This document shows positions 10,854 through 21,754 of a stretch of 64,000 nt of DNA, piece by piece. The stretch comes from an uncultured Muribaculum sp. (lineage in GTDB: Bacteria > Bacteroidota > Bacteroidia > Bacteroidales > Muribaculaceae): contig CAJTSJ010000011.1 of the NCBI GenBank assembly GCA_910578785.1, positions 9,248-73,247 on the forward strand, read 5' to 3'. The translations under genes and the position numbers were made by a program. The stretch's first letter is position 1, and each line of letters opens with the position of its first letter. The notes under the pieces are model-generated. The model was not told where the DNA came from. It made no database searches and was given only the letters and a program-made list of their open reading frames with translations.

Positions 10854-11555
10854 TTATCCGAATTTGCTGATTTTACGCAACACAGATTCGTTCATAATCT
10901 TGATTCGGCGACCGTCGACAATCAGAATTTTTTCATTTACAAATCCCGACAGCGTCCTGATGGCATTGGACGTAGTCATATTTGAAAGGTTGGCCAAATC
11001 TTCACGCGCCATATAAATCTTCAATGTAGCGTTGTCGTCCTCATAACCGTAGCTGTCACGAAGAGCTATCAGAGCCTCTGCCAAACGGCCACGGATATGT
11101 TTCTGTGTCAGATTGACAATCTTAGTATCCGAACCTCCAAGATTGCGAGAAAGTTCATGGATAAAGAACCATGCCAGCTTGATATTGTTCTGAATCAATT
11201 CTTTGACGACAGACATAGACACACAACCTAATGTCGACGGCTCAAAAGCGGCCGCCGTGCTGACGTATGGCTCTTCGGCAAAATAAGCACGATAGCCAAA
11301 GTATTGGACAGGACGTATCAGACGCAATATCTGCTGGCGTCCGCCTATTCCATCCTTATATAGTTTAACCTTTCCTTTCAACAGACACCAGAGATATTCA
11401 GGCATCTCCTTTTCAGCATATATAATCTGGTTTTTCTTAAAAGTCTGAGTCGTAAAATTCTCTACAATCTTACGTTTCTCATCTCCATCAAGTATCGACC
11501 AGAGTTCGGAAAGATCCTCTTGAATTACCTTTTCTAATGTACTTTTCTTAATCAT
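10854..11555 (-). CDS. Crp/Fnr family transcriptional regulator
   Basis: cNMP-binding domain (GKVKLYK, YFGYRA) plus HTH REDLANLSNMTTSNAIRTLS. Confidence 0.93.
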   Translation of the reverse strand: MIKKSTLEKVIQEDLSELWSILDGDEKRKIVENFTTQTFKKNQIIYAEKEMPEYLWCLLKGKVKLYKDGIGGRQQILRLIRPVQYFGYRAYFAEEPYVSTAAAFEPSTLGCVSMSVVKELIQNNIKLAWFFIHELSRNLGGSDTKIVNLTQKHIRGRLAEALIALRDSYGYEDDNATLKIYMAREDLANLSNMTTSNAIRTLSGFVNEKILIVDGRRIKIMNESVLRKISKFG

Positions 11556-11730
11556 TCCAAGTGTCGTGTAACCATGTTCTACAACATACTTTGCAAAGTT
11601 ATAAATTAAATCCGCACGTCACACTATAATACGGCATAATTTATCTTCGTTTTAATTATAATTTTGGTTAATTATTCCTAAAAGGGCAATCGTGCCGTAT
11701 ATACAAAAATGGCAGTACAGAAGCTATTCG

Positions 11731-14214
11731 TCACATCGGATCAACATCATAATATATAATAAGAGCCTTCATCTGAACGTTCTGCGAGATGTAACTCTCA
11801 TAGGTAGTGCGCAATATCTCCTTCACTTTTCGCATCGAAGCCTCCGTCTCGACCTTGAGCATTATTTTTCTAATGTACAACGACTGGATTCTTGACACAT
11901 GAGGCTCTTCCGGTCCGTACACGCGGTTACCGAACAACTCCTTAAGCCGCGCCCCATACTGCGACGCGGCAGTTATCAGCATCGATTCATCGCGGTGCTT
12001 CAGGTAGACATTAATTATTTTAGTGAACGGCGGATAACAGTATTTGCGCCTCTCGTCAAGTTCATGCTCATAATAATTTTTATAGTCATGATTCTGCAGA
12101 TACTGCAGAATCGGATGGTTAGGTTGCGAAGTCTGCACTATCACTTGCCCCTGCTTATAACGACGGCCAGCGCGTCCAGACACTTGTTCGAGCATATTGA
12201 AAGCGCGTTCGGCTGAACGAAAATCCGGGAAGTTGATTATTGCATCGGCATTCAACACTCCGACCACGCTTACGCCGTCAAAGTCAAGACCCTTAGTCAC
12301 CATCTGAGTGCCTACAAGTATCTGCGCCTTACCTTTCGAAAAGTCAGAGATGATGTTCTCATACGAATCCTTGTTGCGCGTAGTGTCAAGGTCCATACGC
12401 AGAATCTTCGCATCCTTGAATGTCGAGTCGGCAATATCCTCAATACGTTCCGTTCCGTATCCGTAGGTCTCTATTGACGGTTCGCGGCATGAGGGACATA
12501 TAGTCGGCAGTTTATAACTCGCACCGCAATAGTGGCACACCATTTCTCCGGCACGGCGATGGTAAGTAAGCGACACATCGCAGTTCTGGCATTTAGGCAC
12601 ATAGGCACACTGCTTACAGGTCACAACTGGAGCAAACCCCCTTCGGTTGTGGAACAATATAACCTGTTCGCCCCGGCCTACTGCCTCACGGGTCTGCACG
12701 GTCAGACGTTCTGTCAACAGCCCCGACAACCGTCCCCGCTTCTTTTCCTCACCAATGTCCACCACCTCTATACGCGGCAACTTTATATCTTCATATCGCT
12801 GAAGCAGTTCGACAAGTCCATACCGGCCGTTTACCGCCTTGTAGTAGGTTTCTATCGACGGAGTGGCACTTCCAAGCAGAGTCTTGGCCCCATGCATAGA
12901 CGCAAGCACCATGGCTGTGTCGCGGGCATTATACCTCGGAGCAGGATCGTACTGTTTATAGCTCGATTCATGCTCTTCGTCCACTATGACCAGCCCGAGT
13001 TTTGAGAAAGGAAGAAACACTGACGAACGTGCCCCGATGACAACACATGGCGATGAATCGTGCAGCAGCCGCTTCCATATATCGACACGCTCGTTGTCGG
13101 AGAACTTGGAATGGTATATCACTACCCGGCGTCCGAATACTTTCTGCAGTCTATGTGTCAGCTGTGTGGTAAGGGCTATTTCAGGTACAAGATACAGAAT
13201 CTGCATCCCGCGCTTCATCACATAGTCAATCAGATGCAGATATATTTCCGTCTTACCGCTTGACGTTACCCCGTGGAGAAGCACAATATCTTTTTGCAGG
13301 AACAGTTTGTGTATTTCATCAAGCGCACCGTTCTGTGCATAGCTCAGCTTTGGAAGCTCACCGACAGATGTCCCCGGATAGTAAAACCGGTTTATCTCCC
13401 TAACAACTATCTCCACTATGCCCTTCGAGGCAAGCGCGGCCACAATGGCCGGGCTCAGACCCGTCTCTTCAAGCAACTGCGAACGCGGAACCTCGGGAGG
13501 CATACCCTCCGCACGGAGTTTATTCAGCTTGTCAAGCAAAGCTATCAGTAACTGCTCCTGTTTTTTTGCGCCATGGACCGAATCAAAAGCCCGGTGCATG
13601 GCATCGTTGTCGTCGCGGTCAACGGCGAGACGCACCCTGACCTCCTTTTTCGAGCGGTAGCGCTCCACAAGCTTTTCAGACACCATCACGACTTCCTTTT
13701 CAACCATACGCTGAATCAGAGTCGCTATGCGCTGCAAGCCGGTCTTTTTCTCAATGTCGGCCACAGTCATACGTCCGTTATGGTCGAGCGACTGCGCTAT
13801 TATCACCTCGCGTTCGCCAAGACGATCGTCGGAAGCTTCTTCATAATCTGGATTAAGCTCGACAAACGTCTCGCTTTCCACTTTCAGTCCGGCAGGCACA
13901 GCGGCCTTATATACATCGCCAACGGCACAAAGATAGTATTCCGATATCCAGTTCCAGAGCTTCAACTGCGGATGCTTAAGCACTGCTCCTTCGTCAAGCA
14001 TGCTTATAATCTCCTTCACTTCAAATCCGACGGGAGCCACAGGAGTTATACCCGACACGATGGCCGTATAATATTTACGCCGACCGAAAGGCACCACTAC
14101 ACGGCATCCCACGGTAAGCCCCCGCTCCATTTCTTCGGGCACCCCATAAGTAAATGTTCCGTATAGGGGCAGAGGAAGTATCACTTCGGCATAAAGTCTA
14201 TATTTAGGCGACAT
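11731..14214 (-). CDS. priA: Primosomal protein N'
   Basis: GVTSSGKTE, VDEEHE, LGSATP, CxxC Zn clusters, GTQMVTKGLDF. Confidence 0.97.
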   Translation of the reverse strand: MSPKYRLYAEVILPLPLYGTFTYGVPEEMERGLTVGCRVVVPFGRRKYYTAIVSGITPVAPVGFEVKEIISMLDEGAVLKHPQLKLWNWISEYYLCAVGDVYKAAVPAGLKVESETFVELNPDYEEASDDRLGEREVIIAQSLDHNGRMTVADIEKKTGLQRIATLIQRMVEKEVVMVSEKLVERYRSKKEVRVRLAVDRDDNDAMHRAFDSVHGAKKQEQLLIALLDKLNKLRAEGMPPEVPRSQLLEETGLSPAIVAALASKGIVEIVVREINRFYYPGTSVGELPKLSYAQNGALDEIHKLFLQKDIVLLHGVTSSGKTEIYLHLIDYVMKRGMQILYLVPEIALTTQLTHRLQKVFGRRVVIYHSKFSDNERVDIWKRLLHDSSPCVVIGARSSVFLPFSKLGLVIVDEEHESSYKQYDPAPRYNARDTAMVLASMHGAKTLLGSATPSIETYYKAVNGRYGLVELLQRYEDIKLPRIEVVDIGEEKKRGRLSGLLTERLTVQTREAVGRGEQVILFHNRRGFAPVVTCKQCAYVPKCQNCDVSLTYHRRAGEMVCHYCGASYKLPTICPSCREPSIETYGYGTERIEDIADSTFKDAKILRMDLDTTRNKDSYENIISDFSKGKAQILVGTQMVTKGLDFDGVSVVGVLNADAIINFPDFRSAERAFNMLEQVSGRAGRRYKQGQVIVQTSQPNHPILQYLQNHDYKNYYEHELDERRKYCYPPFTKIINVYLKHRDESMLITAASQYGARLKELFGNRVYGPEEPHVSRIQSLYIRKIMLKVETEASMRKVKEILRTTYESYISQNVQMKALIIYYDVDPM

Positions 14215-14299
14215 GAGGATTTGTATTAGTTGATGATAGTGTAAAGTTACACAAAAATCCGTATATTTGTTGACAAATTATATATCCAATCATTTTATC

Positions 14300-16555
14300 A
14301 TGTATTTCCATAAACAACTGATTCTTGCTATTGCCGGTTTTAGCGCACTTGCCGTGTCCGCACAAGGAACGGTCGAAGACTATAACCGCGCTTACTCGCT
14401 CCGCGACAAATACAGTTCGCGACATGTATACAACGGTACTGTGACACCATCATGGATCAAAGGCACCAATAAGTTCTGGTATGTCGACGAATCGCCTGAC
14501 GGCCGCAACTACACAGTTATTGATGCCGAAAAAAAATCGCGCTCGGCTATGTTCGACCAAAATTCTCTCGCCACGGAGCTTTCCAAAGCTACAGGACGCG
14601 ACATCTCCGGAAAAGACATTCGCCTTGAACGTCTGACAGCAACTCCAAAACTCGACACACTACGGTTCAACTACAACAACCGGATGTGGATGTACGTCAA
14701 TAAAAAGAAAGGCTCACTGACCGACCTCGGCGCCGTTCCCGTGCCTCCCGAACGCCCCCACTGGATGGTGGTCGACGAAGAGAAAGGCAATTGGCAATAT
14801 CCATCGCCCGACGGTACAAAAAAAGCCTATGTGAAAGACAATAATGTTTACGTCTATGACATGTCGACCGGCAAAGAGCGACAGTTGAGCTTCGACGGCA
14901 CATTGGGCAACTATTATTCGGCATATCTGTCATGGTCGCCCGACAGCAAGAAGGTAGCATCGTGCCGAATCAGACCCGCCGGCGAAAAGCGCTACGTCTA
15001 CTATGTCGAATCGTCACCCTCGACACAGCTCCAGCCCATACTCCACAAGCAGGAATATGCCAAACCGGGCGACGAACTCCGATTCAAGGTTCCCTGCATC
15101 TTCAATGTCGAGACCGGCGAGGCCCTGATACCAGACACTGGACTTTTCGACAAGCAGTATGATCTTTACGGACCTTCGTGGAACGCCGACAGCAAAGGCA
15201 TTACGTTTGAATACAACCAACGGGGGCACCAGGTATACCGCGTTCTCGAAATGTCGGCGATAGACGGAAGCGTGCGTCCGCTGGTCGAAGAGACCTCCGA
15301 CAAATATGTAAATTATCCCCGCATCTACCGTCACATGCTCTCCGACAGCAAGAGAATGCTATGGAGCAGCGAACGCGACAACTGGAACCACCTGTATATG
15401 TACGACCGCGCTACCGGTCGTCCCACTCATCAGATTACCAAAGGACAGTGGTACGTGCGCGACATAATAAAAGTGGACGAAGCCAACAATAAGATTTATT
15501 TCTCGGCCAACGGAGTCAACACCGACGAAGACCCCTACCACATCCGCTACTACTCAATAAACTTCGACGGCACGGGAATGACCGACCTTACCCCCGACAA
15601 AGGCCATCACAAAGCTACATTCTCGCCGGACATGAAATATCTTGTCGATAATTATTCGACCATAAACGATGCTCCGGTCACAAGACTGCGCGACGCATCT
15701 AACGGTAAAGTAATCATGGATGTGGCCAAAGCCGACATTTCTGAACTTACCGAAGCCGGCTGGAAAGCTCCCGAAGTGTTCGCCGCTCCCGGTCGTGACG
15801 GAAAGACATTGATGTGGGGCCTTATATTCCGTCCCACCAACTTCGATCCGAACAAAAAGTATCCGGTAATCGAATACATCTATCAAGGCCCGGGCGACCA
15901 CTACGTTCCCAAGTCGTTCCAGTCCTACAACTGGTGGGCCACTTCATTATCGGAACTCGGATTCATTGTGGTCATGGTCGACGGCATGGGTACATCGTTC
16001 CGCTCACGCGAGTTCGAAAACATCTGCCATCAGAATCTTGTCGACGCCGGACTGCCCGACCATATAGCATGGATTAAAGAAGCCGGCAAAAAGTACCCGT
16101 ATATGGACCTTGACCGCGTAGGCATATTCGGATGCTCTGCAGGAGGCCAGGAATCGACCACCGCTGTGCTGCATCATCCGGAATTCTATAAGGCCGCGTA
16201 CTCGGCCTGCGGATGCCACGACAACCGTATGGACAAGATCTGGTGGAATGAACTCTGGCTGGGATATCCGCTTAACGATTCCTACAAGAAAGCTTCAAAC
16301 GTTGAAAACGCACACCTGCTCCAGCGTCCGCTGATGCTCGTGGTAGGCGAAATGGACGACAACGTCGACCCCGCATCGACAATGCAGGTGGTCAACGCTC
16401 TTATCAAAGCCAACAAGGACTTCGAGCTGGTTGTAATACCCGGCGCGCACCATACCATGGGCGACGACTTCGGCGAACACAAGCGTTATGACTTCTTCGT
16501 CCGCCATCTGCTGGGAGTGAATCCTCCGGCATGGACTGATGTCACCTACAAATAG
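14300..16555 (+). CDS. S9B (DPP IV-like) peptidase, exported
   Basis: Signal peptide, beta-propeller region, GCSAGG nucleophile, DDNV and HH catalytic region; start set at ATG 14300 downstream of a TATATTTG element. Confidence 0.9.
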   Translation: MYFHKQLILAIAGFSALAVSAQGTVEDYNRAYSLRDKYSSRHVYNGTVTPSWIKGTNKFWYVDESPDGRNYTVIDAEKKSRSAMFDQNSLATELSKATGRDISGKDIRLERLTATPKLDTLRFNYNNRMWMYVNKKKGSLTDLGAVPVPPERPHWMVVDEEKGNWQYPSPDGTKKAYVKDNNVYVYDMSTGKERQLSFDGTLGNYYSAYLSWSPDSKKVASCRIRPAGEKRYVYYVESSPSTQLQPILHKQEYAKPGDELRFKVPCIFNVETGEALIPDTGLFDKQYDLYGPSWNADSKGITFEYNQRGHQVYRVLEMSAIDGSVRPLVEETSDKYVNYPRIYRHMLSDSKRMLWSSERDNWNHLYMYDRATGRPTHQITKGQWYVRDIIKVDEANNKIYFSANGVNTDEDPYHIRYYSINFDGTGMTDLTPDKGHHKATFSPDMKYLVDNYSTINDAPVTRLRDASNGKVIMDVAKADISELTEAGWKAPEVFAAPGRDGKTLMWGLIFRPTNFDPNKKYPVIEYIYQGPGDHYVPKSFQSYNWWATSLSELGFIVVMVDGMGTSFRSREFENICHQNLVDAGLPDHIAWIKEAGKKYPYMDLDRVGIFGCSAGGQESTTAVLHHPEFYKAAYSACGCHDNRMDKIWWNELWLGYPLNDSYKKASNVENAHLLQRPLMLVVGEMDDNVDPASTMQVVNALIKANKDFELVVIPGAHHTMGDDFGEHKRYDFFVRHLLGVNPPAWTDVTYK

Positions 16556-16586
16556 CAGTCCGAACCACCTAAGACAACGATTAACC

Positions 16587-16626
16587 AGCGGGGATTTGTC
16601 GCCAAACCGATAATTCCCCGCTCTTT
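16587..16626 (+). terminator. Intrinsic terminator after the S9 peptidase
   Basis: AGCGGGGA...TCCCCGCT hairpin followed by CTTT. Confidence 0.6.
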
Positions 16627-16676
16627 ATATGTGCGTGCGATAAAATAATGTGGCACACACATGCGTTACATATAAT

Positions 16677-18659
16677 ATGTGCAAGTATATTAAATTATAT
16701 TATTTTTGGCTCGCTGTCGCCATGGGATTTGCGCTTTCCGCATGCGGAGGGGCCAAGCTGTCGGTAGCCAATGAACAGATGGAGCGTGGCGAATACTACG
16801 ACGCCTCGCGCACATACCGCAAAGTCTACAACAAACTGACCAAACGAGAAGAACGTCCGCAACGTGGCGAGATAGCATTCAAAATGGCAGAATGCTACCG
16901 CCGTCTTAACATGAGCGCACGCGCGTCTGCCGCCTATCAGAACGCCATACGCTACGGCTATCCTGACTCAATGGCCATGCTCTACCTCGGCCAGACACTC
17001 CAGGCCGAAGGCAAATACAAAGAAGCCATAGCCGCATATGAAGACTTTCTGGCGACATCGCCAAAGGCTTCACGCATAGCCGAAACCGGAATTGCAGGAT
17101 GCCGCATAGGCGCAAAAGCCAAGGAGAATCCGACGCGCTATGTCGTAAAGAACGCCAAGCTGTTCAATTCCAGACGTGCAGACTACTCTCCGATGTTCCT
17201 CGATAAGTCGCACGATGTGCTGTACTTTACCACCACCAATGAGAAAGTCACAGGGAATCATCGAAGCGAGATTACCGGAATGAAAAAGAGTGACATCTGG
17301 TGGTCCCACAAGAACGAACGCGGCGAATGGATGCGTCCAGAGCCTGTGGAGGGCGAACTTAACACTGAGCATGAAGAAGGAATTATGTCATTCTCTCCCG
17401 ACGGTTCCACGATGTACCTGACCAGGGCACGACGCGAACCGAATGCACATACAGGAGTGGAAATATACACTTCGCAACGTTCCGACGCCAAATGGAGCGC
17501 ACCCGTAAAATTTGACATCACGGCCGACACGCTGTCCAACTACGGACACCCGGCAGTTTCACCCGACGGCGAATGGCTATACTTCACGTCAGACATGCCC
17601 GGAGGATTCGGAGGCAAGGATATCTGGCGAATCAACCTGAAAGAGAGAGCCGGCTCTCTTGAAAATCTCGGCGAATTCATCAACACCGAGGGCGATGAAG
17701 AATTTCCCTATGTAAGGTCGGACAGCCTGTTGTACTTCTCGTCAAACGGCCATGCCGGACTCGGAGGACTTGACATATTCCGTGCCAGGAGAACGCCGTC
17801 CGGCGGATGGATGGTCGAGAACATGGGTATACCGGTGAACTCTGCGGCTGATGACTTCGGCATAACTTTCGGCGACGGGGAAAGCGGATTTTTCTCGTCA
17901 AACAGAACCGACGGACGAGGCTACGACCATATATTCTCCTTCGTGCTTCCAGACCTGAAAATCAACATCAGCGGAATGGTGCTCGACAAGGACGAGGAAC
18001 CTGTGCCGAACTCAATAATCCGAATCATCGGCAACGACGGCTCCAACCAACGCGCCGTAGGCAAAAGCGACGGCTCATTCTCCTTCCCCCTTCAACGTGG
18101 AGTAAAATACGTAATGCTCGCCGGTGCAAGAGGCTATCTGAACGCCAAACAGGAGTTTGAAGCCGACAATGCAGAAGAAGATGCAGAATACAATGTCGAC
18201 TTCATTCTCGCATCAATAACAAAGCCCAATGTGGTCGACAACATTTTCTACGATTTTGACAAAGCCACCCTGCGTCCGGAATCCAAAACAGCACTCGATT
18301 CAATAGTGCAAGTGCTTCACGACAATCCCAACGTGACCATTGAGATGGCCTCGCATACCGACCGCTGGGGATCGGAAGAATACAACATCAATCTGTCGCA
18401 AAGACGCGCCCAGTCCGTAATAGACTATCTCATCGAAGCCGGAATCAAACCCGACCGCCTGCAGCCGCAAGGCTATGGAAAATCACGCCCGAAAGTGATC
18501 ACCAAGCGCCTGGCCCGCGAATTCCCGCAATTCAAAGAGGGCGACGTCCTGAACGAAGAATACATCGAGGCCCTTTCCGAAGAAGACCAGGAGGTAGCCG
18601 ACCAGATTAACCGACGCACTGAATTTCAAGTTCTCTCCATTGACTATAAAATGTATTAG
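16677..18659 (+). CDS. PorE-like lipoprotein (TPR, PD40, OmpA peptidoglycan-binding domain), T9SS-associated type
   Basis: Lipobox LSAC, TPRs, PD40 repeats (FSPDG, VSPDG), OmpA motifs HTD...NINLSQRRA and NRRTEF. Confidence 0.85.
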   Translation: MCKYIKLYYFWLAVAMGFALSACGGAKLSVANEQMERGEYYDASRTYRKVYNKLTKREERPQRGEIAFKMAECYRRLNMSARASAAYQNAIRYGYPDSMAMLYLGQTLQAEGKYKEAIAAYEDFLATSPKASRIAETGIAGCRIGAKAKENPTRYVVKNAKLFNSRRADYSPMFLDKSHDVLYFTTTNEKVTGNHRSEITGMKKSDIWWSHKNERGEWMRPEPVEGELNTEHEEGIMSFSPDGSTMYLTRARREPNAHTGVEIYTSQRSDAKWSAPVKFDITADTLSNYGHPAVSPDGEWLYFTSDMPGGFGGKDIWRINLKERAGSLENLGEFINTEGDEEFPYVRSDSLLYFSSNGHAGLGGLDIFRARRTPSGGWMVENMGIPVNSAADDFGITFGDGESGFFSSNRTDGRGYDHIFSFVLPDLKINISGMVLDKDEEPVPNSIIRIIGNDGSNQRAVGKSDGSFSFPLQRGVKYVMLAGARGYLNAKQEFEADNAEEDAEYNVDFILASITKPNVVDNIFYDFDKATLRPESKTALDSIVQVLHDNPNVTIEMASHTDRWGSEEYNINLSQRRAQSVIDYLIEAGIKPDRLQPQGYGKSRPKVITKRLAREFPQFKEGDVLNEEYIEALSEEDQEVADQINRRTEFQVLSIDYKMY

Positions 18660-18661
18660 AC

Positions 18662-19612
18662 ATGGATTTCCGCACCATTATTCCGCCACTCAAAGGCCAC
18701 CAGGGACTTGTCGGATACTCCCATTCGACAGTTATGCTTGGTTCATGCTTTACAGACAACGTAGGTATGCGTCTGCAAAATGCGATGTTCGACTGCAACA
18801 GCAATCCCTGCGGCACACTCTACAATCCGGCAAGCATAGCCTCTACCCTGCTTGACATATTGTATGAACGACCCTACAATGAGAACGACCTCATCGAATA
18901 CAACGGGCTATGGCATAGCTTCAGCCATCACTCTAAATTCTCCGGAAACGACAAAGCCGAAGTTGTGAGGCGAATCAACGAAGCCACAAATGGAGCTATA
19001 AAGTCTCTTTCGAATGCTTCAGTGCTGATAATCACATTCGGTACGGCATGGATTTACCGCCTTAAGGAAGGTAACGGCGTAGTGGCCAACTGCCACAAAA
19101 TGCCCGCATCCACATTCAACCGCGAGATGCTGTCACCGACACAGATATACGGTTTATGGAAAAAGATGCTCCGCGAACTGTCTGCACGCTATCCAGAACT
19201 TAAGGTCATATTTACGGTCAGTCCTATACGCCATCTGTCGGACGGCGCTCATGCCAACCAGCTCAGCAAAGCGACACTTCTTGAAGCCGTAGACCGCCTT
19301 GTCGACGAATTTCCGAACCAAGCCATTTATTTCCCTGCTTACGAAATCATGATGGACGACCTGCGCGATTATCGGTTCTACGCCGCCGATATGGTACACC
19401 CCTCGGAAGTGGCTGTAGATTATATTTACGACAATTTCTGCCGTTCTTTCATGACCGACGACACCATCGCGACATCTAAGCTTTGCGAAGGTCTCACACG
19501 CAGACTTAACCACAGAAACCTGCACGGTACAACACCCGACCGCGAATCAATCATAGCATCTTATCTGGAAAAGTATCCCGCCCTTGCCTCTATTGTCGCC
19601 GGACAGCGTTGA
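18662..19612 (+). CDS. GSCFA domain protein
   Basis: LGSCF, TFGTAW, FTVSPIRH, YFPAYE, DLRDYRFY..DMVHP. Confidence 0.9.
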   Translation: MDFRTIIPPLKGHQGLVGYSHSTVMLGSCFTDNVGMRLQNAMFDCNSNPCGTLYNPASIASTLLDILYERPYNENDLIEYNGLWHSFSHHSKFSGNDKAEVVRRINEATNGAIKSLSNASVLIITFGTAWIYRLKEGNGVVANCHKMPASTFNREMLSPTQIYGLWKKMLRELSARYPELKVIFTVSPIRHLSDGAHANQLSKATLLEAVDRLVDEFPNQAIYFPAYEIMMDDLRDYRFYAADMVHPSEVAVDYIYDNFCRSFMTDDTIATSKLCEGLTRRLNHRNLHGTTPDRESIIASYLEKYPALASIVAGQR

Positions 19613-19651
19613 TACCATCACGGATATAAAGGAGGCCAATCGCCCGGACAT

Positions 19652-19700
19652 ATAAAACCAACGAGGTCGCGCCGATATGACGCGACCTCGTTGGTTTTAT
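19652..19700. terminator. Bidirectional terminator between the convergent GSCFA gene and fabH
   Basis: Perfect 20-bp inverted repeat ATAAAACCAACGAGGTCGCG / CGCGACCTCGTTGGTTTTAT with a 9-nt loop. Confidence 0.85.
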
Positions 19701-19717
19701 GATGTAATCTTCAGATT

Positions 19718-20704
19718 TTACAAATCCCAGATTATATAAAGAGCGCCCCAGGTGAATCCTGCTCCGAAAGCGGTCAGAATCATCTTGTCACCTTTCTTCA
19801 AGCGGTCCTTGTATTCATCTATACACACAGGAATTGAAGCGGCGGAAGTATTGCCGTAGTGCTCGATGTTTACAAGCACCTTTTCGGGAGCCACCTTGGC
19901 ACGGTCGGCCACAGCCTCTATAATTCGAAGGTTAGCCTGATGAGGAATGAACCAGTCAACGTCGCCCATTTCAAGACCATTGCGCTTGGCCACGCTCATC
20001 GACGAGGTAAGCATATCAGTCACAGCATGCTTGTAAACGGCACGGCCTTCCTGATAGATGTAATGCTCACAGGCATCGACAGTCTCATGAGTTGCTGGAT
20101 GAACCGAACCACCAGCCTTCATCAGCAGATGGGGAAGTCCTTCGCCGTTGATATGGAACTCTCCATCAATAATACCTACTCGCTCTTCTGAAGGTTCAAT
20201 CAACATACAGCCGGCCGCATCGCCAAACAACGGACATGTAGTACGGTCGGAATAATTAGTCATAGACGACATCTTTTCAGCAGCCACGACTACAATCTTC
20301 TTATACATTCCCGAACGGATATAAGCCGCCGCATCCTGCAAAGAAACAAGGAAACCTGCACAGGCCGCCTGAATGTCGTAAGCATAAGCGTTTGACAGAT
20401 TGCACTTATGGGCAATAATAGAACCGGTTGACGGGAAACGATAATCAGGATTTGAAGTGGCGCAAATAAGCAAATCAACCTCTTCCGGCTTTGTTCCGGT
20501 AGATTCCAAAAGCTTATTTACCGCACGGACTCCGAGATACGACGATCCCTCGCCGTCAAGATGAAGAATACGACGTTGCTTAATACCGACACGGGTAGTA
20601 ATCCATTCGTCGTTAGTATCCACCATCTTCGACAACATCTCATTGTCCAGAATGTCATCCGGAACATAAGAAGCTATTCCGGAAATTTTTGGATAAAGCA
20701 TCAC
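19718..20704 (-). CDS. fabH: 3-oxoacyl-ACP synthase III
   Basis: AACAGF, LFGDAAG, PHQANLRII, GNTSAAS, FGAGFTWG. Confidence 0.97.
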   Translation of the reverse strand: MMLYPKISGIASYVPDDILDNEMLSKMVDTNDEWITTRVGIKQRRILHLDGEGSSYLGVRAVNKLLESTGTKPEEVDLLICATSNPDYRFPSTGSIIAHKCNLSNAYAYDIQAACAGFLVSLQDAAAYIRSGMYKKIVVVAAEKMSSMTNYSDRTTCPLFGDAAGCMLIEPSEERVGIIDGEFHINGEGLPHLLMKAGGSVHPATHETVDACEHYIYQEGRAVYKHAVTDMLTSSMSVAKRNGLEMGDVDWFIPHQANLRIIEAVADRAKVAPEKVLVNIEHYGNTSAASIPVCIDEYKDRLKKGDKMILTAFGAGFTWGALYIIWDL

Positions 20705-20746
20705 TTTATAGCTTTTTTGATGAATAACTCAGTTTTAAATAATACA

Positions 20747-20783
20747 GACTTTACCCGGGCAAATACCTGCCCGGGGATAAGTC
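20747..20783 (-). terminator. Hairpin/terminator between rpmF and fabH
   Basis: CCCGGGCA...TGCCCGGG stem with GACTT/AAGTC outer pairing. Confidence 0.5.
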
Positions 20784-20853
20784 GATGTAATTATATCAAC
20801 TGCATGGCCACGACAGCCGTCACAGTTAAAACCTAAATGCTAAAGGCGATACT

Positions 20854-21039
20854 TTACTCGGCAGCTACCTTTTCGATAGCGATTTTACCACGGTAGTAGC
20901 CACATTCAGGACATACAGTGTGGTAAACGTGCCAAGAGCCACAGTGAGGGCATATTGCCAAAGTAGGTTCTACAGCCTTATCGTGGGTTCTACGCTTAGC
21001 TGTACGAGTCTTTGATTGTTTTCGTTTAGGATGTGCCAT
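20854..21039 (-). CDS. rpmF: 50S ribosomal protein bL32 (Zn-ribbon form)
   Basis: MAHPKRKQSKTRTAKRRTH, CPHC...CPECGYY. Confidence 0.97.
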   Translation of the reverse strand: MAHPKRKQSKTRTAKRRTHDKAVEPTLAICPHCGSWHVYHTVCPECGYYRGKIAIEKVAAE

Positions 21040-21057
21040 TTTTGTACTATGTTTTTA

Positions 21058-21648
21058 TTAATTGATATCGTTTAGTTTCTTTAGTTCATTCCATCGCGGA
21101 TCAACCGGAGTATCGTCGGATTCTGAAGCATCTTCTACTTCGTCGAGCATGTTGTCCATCATTTCCTCTTCTTCGGAATCAGCCGACATACTGCCCGGCG
21201 CACGGTGCTTCTTAAGTAATGCGCTCATGGCGCGGTTGCACTTACCCAGCGGATGCACATGCTTGATAGGTATGGTCAATGCCACCGTATCATAAATCAT
21301 GTAGGCGACGTTGAGAGTCTGGTCGCTTTCCGGAATCTCAAGAAGTTCGTCGGAGTCGTCGTTATAGTCGGCTCCGTACTTGACAAATATGTGGTAAGAT
21401 GTATCGACAGGCCAGGGCAGGTCGTCAAGACATCTGTCGCATATCAATGTTATCTCACCCGCAATAGTAAACGTCAGCTCATAAAGGTCGCTTTTATGTA
21501 CCACCTTAACGTGAACGTCAAGGTCGGCATCGCGCACATCGGCACTTTCCATATCCTCGAAAAACTGCTTTCCGAGTTTATAGTCGAAGTCGTGCGTACC
21601 TTCCGGCAATGACTTTAACGGGAGCTTATATGCTGAAAACTTTCCCAC
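21058..21648 (-). CDS. YceD/DUF177 family protein
   Basis: CDRCL, DPRWNELKKL; upstream of rpmF; GTG start at 21648 chosen because a TAACTTTG element overlaps the longer ORF start. Confidence 0.9.
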   Translation of the reverse strand: MGKFSAYKLPLKSLPEGTHDFDYKLGKQFFEDMESADVRDADLDVHVKVVHKSDLYELTFTIAGEITLICDRCLDDLPWPVDTSYHIFVKYGADYNDDSDELLEIPESDQTLNVAYMIYDTVALTIPIKHVHPLGKCNRAMSALLKKHRAPGSMSADSEEEEMMDNMLDEVEDASESDDTPVDPRWNELKKLNDIN

Positions 21649-21754
21649 AATATTATTTATTGAAAAACCGTGCAAAGTTACTAAAAATTTCCATAAAACA
21701 TAACTGACCGCGCAGAAAATTCACACCGAACGCTTTTTACGCATAAAAACAACG

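Noticed and set aside
19652..19700. 20-bp perfect inverted repeat as a mobile element
   Set aside because: It sits between convergent genes with A/T tails on both sides, which a bidirectional terminator explains.
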